Source: Octopus sinensis (taxonomy: Eukaryota). Taken from it: a DNA stretch of 64,000 nucleotides. The stretch spans positions 77,500,001 to 77,564,000 of the forward strand of contig NC_043004.1 in the NCBI RefSeq assembly GCF_006345805.1, written 5' to 3'. The notes under the pieces were generated by a model that searched no databases, had not been told where the DNA came from, and saw only the letters and a list, made by a program, of their open reading frames with translations. Position numbers and translations under genes: made by a program. Positions 35,601-47,600 of the stretch are shown one piece after another (the first letter of the stretch is position 1; each line of letters begins with the position of its first letter).

Positions 35601-38600
35601 CTGGTAACGATCACGCTCGAATGGTGCCTTTTAAGTGCCACTGGCACAGAAGCCAGTTAGCCACTCTGTCAATGATCACACTCGTATGGTGCTCTTTGCA
35701 CCTTGCTAGTATGGACGCCAGTCATCGAAACTAGCTAAAAACTAACTAAAAACCAACACTGAACACGTCGTGCTGCAAATAGAACAGAACTTTGCGCAGT
35801 CGCACTGCAGGCAAATAACAGCAATTGAGACAACTAAAGTCTCAACAGTATCAAATGAAGCAAACGTTATTTTATAGAGAATTTAATTCTGAACAAAAAT
35901 GAACTTTTAAATCCTTTTGAAAGATCCCATATTTATTGGAACCATAGAATCTTTTTGTAGAACTCTGGAGTCTTCCAAAACTCAATTTGGGAGGCACTGA
36001 TGTAAAGAATAGCTATTCTACCACACTGCAATTGTAAATGACTTTAGTTTTGCGATGGTAGAGATAGTGGATGCCAAAAGGAAATGAGTCGTACTTTTTA
36101 ATCTTCTAAAAACATGCAGAGACTATTGGATTTACTTTCCAACCAGTGTTGTTGTTCTGTATGAGGTCCCATTTCATATATAATGTTTATGGCTCATAAT
36201 AATTTTTTGGGGGGATTTGGTTTGCAAGATTCTTTATATGAGTTTGTGCGTTGAAGCATATTCTATTGTGTGTGGGGAGAGTCATTTTCTTTTTGTGCCT
36301 TATAATATAACACACTCACCGGTAAAATTTCCACTTGAGAGTCAAAAGTATTGAAAAGGTTGCAAGACGCAACAAAATTTTTAGGAAAATAAAAAAAAAT
36401 TAAAAAGTGGAAATTTTACTGGTGAGTGTGTAATATTATAAGGCACAAAAAGAAAATTACTCTCCCCAGACACAATAGAATAGGCTCATAATAAAATATT
36501 GTTCAATTCAAGTCAGTGGTTTGCCAAAAATGTTAGAGCTTCTGACAAAATACTTTGTATTAATTTTAGTTTTTTGGAAGTAGACTTAAAGCTGTCATCC
36601 AGTTTAACCCTTTTGTTACCATATTTCTGTTGAGATGCTCTGTGTTTCTTTCAATTAATTTTAAGTATAACAAAAAGAATTTAGTAAAATAACTTAGTTG
36701 TCATTCAGCTAGTGTTAAGAACATAAATTGTGACTAAAGTTTGGTGGAAGATTTTAATTCAAAACTTTTGAAAACAAGACATTTGTACTAGAGAGCCAGA
36801 CGTGGTTTCAGCCGGGTTGGTATCGAAAGGGTTAAACACATCTCTACATTTGGGTAGATTGACATTAGAAGCAGTTGGAAGGGTGTGGATCGAAGGAAAT
36901 TTAGGCTATTATTTCTAGCATATAGAGTGACCACACTGAGGTCTCCTTCTCTTATGTCTTCTGCTGATTATTTTTCTTCTGAACCGTTTTGTTACCATAT
37001 TTCTGTTGAAATTCTCTGTTTCTTTCAATTAATTTTAAATATAACAAAGAACTTAGTAAAATACCTTAGTTATCATTAATCTAGTGTTAGGAACACAAAT
37101 TGTAACTAAGGTTTGGTGGAAGATTTTATTCAGAACTTTTGAAAACAAGGCATTTGTACTACAGAGTTAGAGGCAGTTTCAGGTGGGTTGGTATCGAAAG
37201 GGTTAATATCACTACCAGTCTTGGGCAATATTTACTCTGCAAACATTCGATTCAGGTCTCCAGTTTGAAGATAACTTCCTATCTTCCCTCCAATCTTGGA
37301 GAACCTGACAAAAAAAAGAAATCACTGACTACCTTCTATGTCTGAGTGATTAAAAATATCTGACTATTTTAGTTTTGTGACTTCACATCATTACCTCTCT
37401 TGTCTTGCCTATAGATAATCATACCCGTTTCAGTGAAATCAGTCACAAACCTTGTTGTTGTCACAGCTGTAGATAGTACTTATGAGTGAAGAGAGTATAA
37501 AGAGTAAATCACATGTTCCAACTTTTTTTGTAAACAGTAGATCTAACACCAGTAAATGGTCCTTGTTTCCCTTTAGCAAGATTCACTGTTCTTTTACTTG
37601 TTTCAGTCATTTGACTGCGGCCATGCTGGAGCACCGCCTTTAGTCGAGCAAATCGACCCCGGGACTTGTTCTTTGTAAGCCCAGTACTTATTCTATCGGT
37701 CTCTTTTGCCGAACCGCTAAGTGACAGGGACGTAAACATACCAACATCGGTTGTCAAGCAATGCTAGGGAGACAAACACATACACACATATATATATATA
37801 TATACATATATACAACAGGCTTCTTTCAGTTTCCATCTACGAAATCCACTCACAAGGCATTGGTCGGCCCGGGGCTATAGTAGAAGACACTTGCCCAAGA
37901 TGCCACGCAGTGGGACTGAACACGGAACCATGTGGTTGATTAGCAAGCTACTTACCACACAGCCACTCCTGCGCCTATGTTGATAACATTTTTTTGTAAC
38001 ATTTTTGATAACATTTTTTTGTAAATTAAATTTGACAAATTAAATTAAATTTAAATGTTGAAGTGAATCTAACAGATTGTGTGTGTTTCTTAAATGGCTT
38101 ATAAACACCTTCCATGCTGCAATTGTTTTCGTTTCAGCACACGATCTCAGATCAAGTCACTCGCTATGCAAGTACATCTCTGTAATTTTTTTTGTAAACA
38201 GTAGATCTAACACCAGTAAATGATCCTTGATTCCCTTTAGCAAGATTCACAGTTGATAACATTTGGACCATGGTTTTCCTGCTGATATCCTTTTCCGTAA
38301 ACTTTTGTTTTCTTTTGCTATTAAATACAAGTGTTTATTATTAAAATGAAAAAAAAATGCATTTACATCAGTTCTTAGAATTTATTTATCCTTCCAGTTC
38401 TCAGATCCAGGTATTGCCCAAAACACCATCAGCTCGACAGCGCCGTCCCCAGAGAAGACAGAGTGAGCTTCCTTCATTTATAAGGAGATCCAGGTGAGCT
38501 GTGCTATTGTTATGTAGAAATGAATTGGAAATGAACTGTTGAAAATTAACATTTAACTTTAGTAATTATAAAAAATTGTCAATTTTAATATTTTGTATAT

Positions 38601-41600
38601 TAATTAAAGGATGGAAATGTTAAGTAATACAAATTATATAATAAACTGGATCTTTTCATATGACACCGCAAATTATTGTTGTTGACAACGATTCGGAGAT
38701 ATTGAATTCACCTCAATAGACGTCATTGATTGGTTGAAATTGCTGAAATGCAAGAAATTAAAGAACAAGTAGCTTACAAACTACAGAATTTTCTCAAGAA
38801 AGCCAAGAGAAAAAGATGTTTTGTAAACACATTCTACCAGTATACGAAGTTTAACCCTTTCGTTACTATATTTCTGACCAAAATACACCCCTCATGAGTT
38901 TCAATTAAATTCTAAAATAATCATGAATCTAGGCTTGTTTCATTAAATAACTGTAACTTTTTTACTTATCAACATATTAACGTGAAATTTGGAACATAAT
39001 TAAAGAAAGGGTTCTTAATCAATTCTATTGCATAACTTTTGTCTTAAAGTGACTTTAATTACAGGTAAATTGAGCAAAAGGTAAAAATATTAAAATTTTG
39101 TTTAAACATCACCATAGAAAATGAATCATCAGCTAATATTCAAATGGGTATGCAACAAAATTTTGATAAAGAAGAATTGTGCACATCACTATATCATCAG
39201 TTGAATTTAATGCACAACAGGTGTACCATAAAGGTGGAATAAAGTGAAATACTGGAATCCACTGCAAGTTTGACCGAACTAAAGAAATCGGTCAAAAAAT
39301 AATATACGGCCCTGGTTATGGTATGGAAGTGATAAATTCCAGACCACATCGTTCCCTAGGCCATGCTGACTAACATTATTTTCCTGTATAAAAACTAAAT
39401 CCACGCAGTACCCAGTATTTGCTTCACAAATTTTCCGAAATTTGAACCCCCATTTTGTGTTTGTTTACATTTTGCGTAAGTTTGTTTCCGCATTGATCGC
39501 TTCAAACAATAACTTCCAGACCACATCATACCCTAAGCCATGCTGACTAACATTAGTTTCCCTGTATAAAAACTAAATCCACAACAGTACCCAGTATTTG
39601 CTTCACAAATTTTCCAATTCAGAATCAATGCTTGATAACATGAAACTCCAATCCATTTTCAAAGTTGAAGAAAAATCGATGCCGAAAAAAATGTGGAAAA
39701 AAATCTCCTAAAATTCAGGGAATTAAAATTACACATCGATCGTTGTACAAAACTGTAGATGAACTGTTTACGAAGTATAATCACATGTTTTCACGAATGT
39801 ACTAAAGAGATTTGCTCTGATATTCTCATTTAAATATGAACAGGTAAATTTGGGCGGTTTGGTCACATTAACCAACATTTTTTTCGGGCGGCTTTGGGCG
39901 GTTTGGTAACGAAAGGGTTAAAAGTGTTTAGTTACAAAGAAATTATTTTAAAAATCTCTCGGTCAAAGTGAAAAGATCCAACAAACTTTGAGTTTCTTTG
40001 CTGTTAGAAAATGTAATATAATAAGATGAAAAATTTCAAGCATTTGTTGTTGCTGTTGTGGTTGAATGAATGAAATCCTTCTTGTTTTCTTTCTCTTATA
40101 GCATTTGTGTTGGAAAGACTCTTCACTTTTCTGAAACTGATAATTCATCTTGTAATGATGAAAATATCCCACCTGAAGAAGAATCAGATGGTAATACTAG
40201 CAGTAGGTATTCAACACGCTCTACCAGACAAAGAACCGTGCAAATCTCAAAGGCAAGAAAACAACCTGCAAGAGGAAAATCTAAAAGGAAATGTTCTAAT
40301 TTAACATCTCCCCAAAATGGCCAAGTGTCAACCTCAAATATTGAAGATTCTGTTTCACCTGCCAAAGAACCACTCTCTCCTCAGAAGCCTTTGACTGACT
40401 CAAATGTATGTATTTCAATTTAATGATTTCTTTTTAATTGGGAGTTAATGGAAAGAGCACATGGTGTGGATGGGGTTCAAGAAGTCGAGTGAAGGGTGGG
40501 CTTGTAGAAGACAGAGGTGGAGAGCGTGAGGTTAGAATGCTTGATGGAAACGATGAGGAAACATAAAGTGCAGTAGTGGTATCACTAAGGATTTGGTTAA
40601 TGGTGATGGTTGCTGGACCATGAAAAATGTTGGGGTTTTTTTTTGTTTTTGTTTTTATTTTTATATTGCTTGTCACTTAAAACGTACTTTAGTGCCATTA
40701 ATTATCTGCTACAATGTCAAATGCCTTAAAAGGATACTAGTTCACACACACACACTTAATAGAAGTTCTACCAAATGCTTGATTATATCCACAATTAGTG
40801 AAATTTTAATCGAATTTATACTTGTTTTTTTTTTTTCTTACCATGTGACATAATGTTATCAAGATCATTCTTACTGTTTTTAAGTTTCATTCATCTGAAA
40901 TTTAGAGATTATTTCAAACTGTTGAATGAAATCGGTGCATAATGCATTAAGTTTCAGATCACCTGACTAGATATTTTAATGCTTTTACACAAAGTTCATC
41001 TGTGAGTTTCTTATAAATCATATCATTTGAACTTTGTAGTGGTAACTGATGTCAGGAGGAGGTCATTGATACTAAAGGGATGGTCACAAAATAGTAATAG
41101 TAGGGGTTTCTTTTATGAAATATTTATTCCATTCACTTGAAATTTTCACAAAAGATAAATATTACATATATCTAAATATGGGTAAAATATCTAGCCTCAA
41201 CGTTTTGTTAATCTTTAATAATAAATATTTCAGTACACTTGTTCTTACTGACCCTTATATTATGGCCGCTACTGTATATGAAAGGAACGAAAAGTAATCC
41301 TGTCATTAGTTGACCTCTAAATATAGAGATATTATCATCATCGTTTAACGTCTGCTTTCCATGCTAGCATGGTTGGACGTATGACTGAGGGCTGGCAAAC
41401 CAGATGGCTGCACCAGGCTTCAATCTTGATCTGGCAGAGTTTCTACAGCTGGATGCCCTTCCTAACACCAACCACTCCGAGAGTGTAGTGGGTGCTTTTA
41501 TGTGCCACCGGCACTAGGCCAGTCAGGTGGCACTGGCAACGACCTCGCTCGAATCTTTTACACATGCCACCGGCACGGATGCCAGTAAGGCAATGCTGGT

Positions 41601-44600
41601 AACGATCACACTCGAATGGTGTCTTTTACATGCCACTAGTACAGAGGCCAGATAGCTGCTCTGGCAACGATTACACTTGGAGGGTGCTCTTAATACTCTA
41701 CTAGCACAGGGCTCAAGTGCCAGTAATGCGACGCTGGTAACGATCACGCTCGAATGATGCCTTTTAAGTGCCACTGGCACAGAAGCCGGTTAGCCACTCT
41801 GTCAATGATCACACTCATATGGTGCTCTTTGCACCCCGCTAGCACAGACGCCAGTCATTGAATTTGATTTTGATTTTTGATTTCACTTGCCTCAACAGGT
41901 CTTCGCAAGCAGAGTTTTAGTGTCCAAAGAAGGAAAAGGTACACATAAGTGGGCTGGTAACGCCCCTGGCACAGGCCACGAGATTATGGTCTCATTTGGC
42001 TTGCCGGGTCTTCTCATGCACGGCATATTTCCAATTGGTTTCACTAATAACTTTCAGTTGTTTAGTCATTTGAACTATCTGCTCATTGAAGCAACAACTA
42101 AGTGAACATTCCACAAATATCTGTACTCTTAACATATTTCTTAGTTGGAATTAGTGTGACAAGGCTAGACTTATTAAATTACAGGTTCAATCCATTTGAC
42201 AGGCTTTCACAGTTTACATCCTCCTAATTTCACTCTCGGGTCTTTAGTTGACTTTTGGATAATTACACACATATGTGTGTGTGTGTGTGTGTATGTGTAT
42301 GTATATATATATATATATATCTGTGTGTGTGTGTGTATATATCTATATTTACACACACTACACTCTCGGAGTGGTTGGTGTTAGGAAGGGCATCCAGCTG
42401 TAGAAACTCTGCCAAATCAAGGTTGGAGCCTGGTGCAGCCGTCTGGTTCGCCAGCCCTCATTCAAAATCGTCCAACCCATGCCAGCATGGAAAGCGGATG
42501 TTAAACGAAACGATGAAACTGCAAGACAATACAGTGTTTGTGCTAACTTCCATTCTTAAGTATGTTACATTTGTGTAGTATTGTTTTGATAGGCAACTTC
42601 AAACCATTGCACCCAGGTGCCTTTAGAGACTAAAGGCAGTCAAGGAGCAGGTAATGGTGTTCACTACCACAACATCAGTAGCATAGAACTACTGATCTAA
42701 TGCTGGGTTTAATTTAATCAACTGCACTTTCCCCCAAAATTTGTAATTTTTTATTTATGTTAGAAATCATTAGTATTTGCAAAACTAGGCACAATTTTTT
42801 CTATATATGATTGAGTCACATAACCAGTAAATATTTCTTTTTAAAAATACAAGGGAGAAAAGGAACTGTCATTGGGTGTATAAAATCTGCTTGTGCTTAG
42901 ACAAATTTGATTAAAGTGAAACTGGAGAAAAATCGATGTTTGATGCTAAGAAGCATCCCACTTGAATTTTTTTCTTTTCTACATCTTTCTGTTACACAGG
43001 ACTATATTATCCAATCTCTCCATTTTTTTTTAAGGTGTTAGGGTGTGATTTGCTTCTAGTTTAAGAGATTGAGCAACCAAATAACGATTCCCTTGTTGGG
43101 TGTCGTTGCAACAAATGTTCTAATGACATGATTCTCTTCCTAATTTTAACGAGTTTCTCAGTCAAGCAAACTAGGGCAAAACGAGCTGTGTTTTGCTTGG
43201 GAGGCGCACTACAATGATAATTGATAGCATGAATGAACCACTTAGTAAATGATTGATTGTTGAGCTCTTACTCATATTTAATTTTGTTTTTGTTTAAATT
43301 TAACCTTAAATTTATCTGTCTAGGGCTCAAAAACTGAGAACAATCCTATCACCAATGCAGCTGAAGTATCTCCAAACAATAGCGTGGCTTCAAAGGTTGA
43401 GTGTGAAAAGCAAGTTTCTCCATTGAATAGGGAACACAGGGTTGACAATAGCAGCTATGTAATAGAAAGTGAAAATCCCTCATCAGATATCCCAAACATT
43501 GATGATGCACAAATTTGTGAGGATACTTCAAAGACTGATGAATCTAAAAATGGTGAAGATATCCCAAAGACCGATGATTCTCAAAATTGTCAGGATATTG
43601 CCAAGACTGATAAATCTGAAAATTCTGAAGTTGTCCCAAAGATTGATGAATCTCAAAATAGTCAGGATACTGTTCCAATTCAAAATACTGAAACGGCAAA
43701 CTCTGATTCTGGATTACCAAGTGATACTAAAAGCTCCAGCAGTAACTCTGAAGTATCAATTCCGGCTGAAAAATCTTCATCTTCAGAGGAAGTTCCACAA
43801 GCTTCAAGTCCTGAAAGGCCCCGCACCAGAACCAGGCAGATGCAACGGCAAGCTAAAGCCGTTGCTGCTGCACTTAATGATGATAATCAGACTTCTGATG
43901 ATTCTAGGCCATGTACAAGGTAAGTGCAATCTACTACTTAGGGTTGTATATTGTTCAGAGTCCAAAAAAATGTTCTTCAGTTTAATATTAACATTGGCCT
44001 CGTGCCGGTGGCACATAAAAAGCACCATCCGTTCGTGGCCGTTTGCCAGCTCTGTCTGGCACCTGTGCGGGTGGCACGTAAAAAGCACCCACTACACTCA
44101 CGGAGTGGTTGGCGTTAGGAAGGGCATCCAGCCGTAGAAACACTGCCAGATTTGACTGGGCCTGATGAAGCCTTCTGGCTTCCCAGACCCCAGTAGAACC
44201 GTCCAACCCATGCTAGCATGGAAAACGGACGCTAAACGATGATGATGATGATTGATTAAATTTCTGATTTAATTTGCTCTCTCTTTACCTTTTGAAAAAA
44301 TTTTCATTGATGGTTATAATATGACTGAGCATGGTTTGACAAGTTATTTGTGCATATTGTATGAAGTTAACATTGGCCTCTATAAACAGCAAGAGTTTAT
44401 TGACACAGGTCGTAGCTGACTATAAATTAATTTTTTTTCTCAAGAAATTGAAGTATATTGTCACAGGTGTGATAGTTTTAATATTTGGCTGTCTTATATG
44501 ATTATGAACCCCAGATTATCTTCATCATCATGATTTAGCGTCTGTTTTCCATGCTGGCATGGGTTAGATGGTTTGACTGGAACTGGTAAGCCAGAGAGCC

Positions 44601-47600
44601 GTACCAGGTTCCAGTCTGGTTCAGCTTACATTCTACAGTTAGATGCCCTTCCAGACACCAAGCACTCCAAGAGTATAGTGGGTTCTTTTTACATGTCACT
44701 AGCCACGATTCTGATTTCACTTGGCTTGACGTGTCTTCTCAAGCACTGCAAATTGCCAAAGGTCTTAGTCACTTGTCATTGCCTCCATGCAATTCAACAT
44801 CCAAAGATTATGCTTCACCACCTTCTCCCATTTGTTCCTGGCTCTACCTCTTCCACAGGTTCCCTCCACAGACTACTGGAAAAGCTTGTTATTAGAAATG
44901 ATCATGTATTGCAGTTGTTAGAACATACAATAATCTACTTGCTTGGACATCATCATCATCATCGTTTAACGTCTGCTTTCCATACTAGCATGGGTTGGAC
45001 GATTTTGACTGAGGGCTGGCGAACCAGATGGCTGCACCAGGCTCCATTTTTGATTGAATGGTGCCCTTTTACAACTGCACTGGTATGGTCATGTGTTGCG
45101 TATGGAGGAGGACAGCTGTATGAAAAAGTGTTACACACTAGCAGTAGAAGGAACCTGTGGAAGAGGAAGACCTGGGATAAGGTGTTGAAGCATGACCTTC
45201 GAACGTTGGGGCTCACTGAGGTGATGGCAAGTGACCGAGATCTTTGGAGATATGCTGTGCTTGAGAAGACCCGGCAAGTTAAGTGAGACCATAACTGGCC
45301 TATGGCAGTGCAGCATAACCGGCCCATTTAAGAGCACCCTTCGATCATTGGGTAATAAACTGTGCTTGCGAAGATCCGTTGAGGCAAGTGAAATCATTGT
45401 CATGACTGATGACAGTACTGCCTGATTGGCACCCATGCCAGTGGCACGTAAAAAGCACCATTCGAGTGTGGTCATTGCCAGTGCCTCCTGACTGGCCCTT
45501 GTGTCACCGGCACGTAAAAAGCACCCACTACACTCTTGGAGTGGTTGGCATTAGGAAGGGCATCCAGCTGTAGAAACTTTGCCAGATTGGATTAGAGCCT
45601 GGTACAGCCATCTGGCTTGCCAGCCCCCAGTCAAACTGTCCAACCCATGCCAGCATGGAAAGCTGACGTTAAACAACGATGATAAGGAATATTTCAAATT
45701 CACAAATTTATATATTTGGTACAAGATAGTTTTTAATGAGCTTTTATTTATATTGAATTTTTTATTTCATGTTTATTTTATTCATTGTTTGCAATGTTAT
45801 CTCCTCCTCTCCCCCTCTCTTTTTCTCACACACACACACACACAGTCTCTCTATAAACACACACTGTCTCTGTAATATATACACACACTCCAGGTTTGAT
45901 TTCAAGAACAAGAACAAAAGCACAACGGCAGAGAGAAAGGCGGGAAACTGAATCGGATAAAATCAAGGCAAAGCAACTGAACAAATATCTGAATATGCAC
46001 GTAGACGTAGAGATCATTTTGTTTCTGCTACACATGACCAACTGGTTAGGGTATCTCAAGAGGAGAATATTCTACTTCAAAATAAGACCCTAAGTCAGTT
46101 CAAATTTGGAAGAATTCTGTTAAAGGATTAACAATGAAAGCTAGTTTCAATAATTTTCAAAAACAGGCTGTCCTGTCTATTGTGCAGCTACATAATGCAA
46201 GGAGTCTCTTCGACAATGTTTGTTCATACTTCAAAGCTTACAGATGGGCTGCTGAATTGAAATCTCTATGTTGCTTTGAGGGGAAGGTAAAAGTGACAAA
46301 CTGCTTCCTTCTCCATAGTTGGACTACTTTGATGTTTGTAAAAAAAGAGAGATTATGACTATGATAAAATAATGAAAGCAATTTTTACAAAACAAGTGAG
46401 CACTATTATACAAAGAAGTAATTGGATGTAAAATATCATAAAATTTATTAGAATTGGGAATCATCCAACCCATGCTAGCATGGAAAACGGACGTTAAATG
46501 ATGATGATGATGAATAAAAACCTATTACTCTGATAAATATGTTGAGACAGATCTCAAGCTTTGTGCTTACTCTATTATTTTGTTATGAAGTTTAAATAGG
46601 TTAGAAAATATTTACTCAGTTGTTACTTTCTGACATGTGAAATGCATAACAGCAACAACTATATTTTCAGAAGTCGCGCACGCAAACGGACAAGTGAAGA
46701 AGTGGAAAATGCTTTTACAACTGACACAAAACGACATTGTGCAGAGGAAATGAAGGAGTCTAGCCACAAAGATGTTGCATCTCAAGAACTTGAGGACGAT
46801 GCTGATTGTGAGGACTCTGAAGATGAAAGTGAAGTAAGTTTTATTTCTTTGAAGTTTAGTTTCAACAAAATGATGTAGATGGTGGGGGTGGGGGCCATTA
46901 GAGAAAATTGGTGAAAAAAACGATTGTTTTAATACAGCATTGTTAATTTGTGTTATGAAAATGTAACTTTCTATTTTGAGCTGGCAGAACCGTTAGCATG
47001 CCGGGCGAAATGCGTAGCCGTATTTCGTCTGCCATTACGTTCTGAGTTCAAATTTTGCCGAGGTCGACTTTGCCTTTCATCCTTTCGGTGCCGATAAATT
47101 AAGTACCAGTTACGCACTGGGGTCGATGTAATCGACTTAATTCGTTTGTCTGTCCTTGTTTAGCCCCTTGTGGGTAATAAAGAAACATATTTTCTCAAAT
47201 TTTAATTTGGTAACAATAGGTGAATTTTGTTTCGCCAACAATACTATAGTTCGAATATTTAGCTAGTTGTATTTTTATTACTTGGATTACTAAATTCATG
47301 AAGCTGAGCATACTTTTTAGAAAAGTCATTTTAAAGATTTTAATTTAAATTTTAGTAAAAGGAAATGAGGCATTATATCAAATATTTGCATTGAACTTGC
47401 TAAACTGTTTGCATTCATCCATTACTTGACTCTTTTTAATTTTATTTTATAGTCCAAAGTCAAATCCTTAATTAATGTACACACTACCCCATCAAATCTA
47501 TCTACACCTAAACACAATGGTAAGTTTCATATGCTTTTATTTCATATTCCAAAAGTCAGCTAAATAACTTTTTGTGTTTACTTAAACTCGTCAGTGTAGC

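Noticed and set aside
43469-44137. 222-aa ORF overlapping the INCENP exon in another frame
   Set aside because: A shadow frame of the repetitive exon that runs on into intron and LINE UTR.
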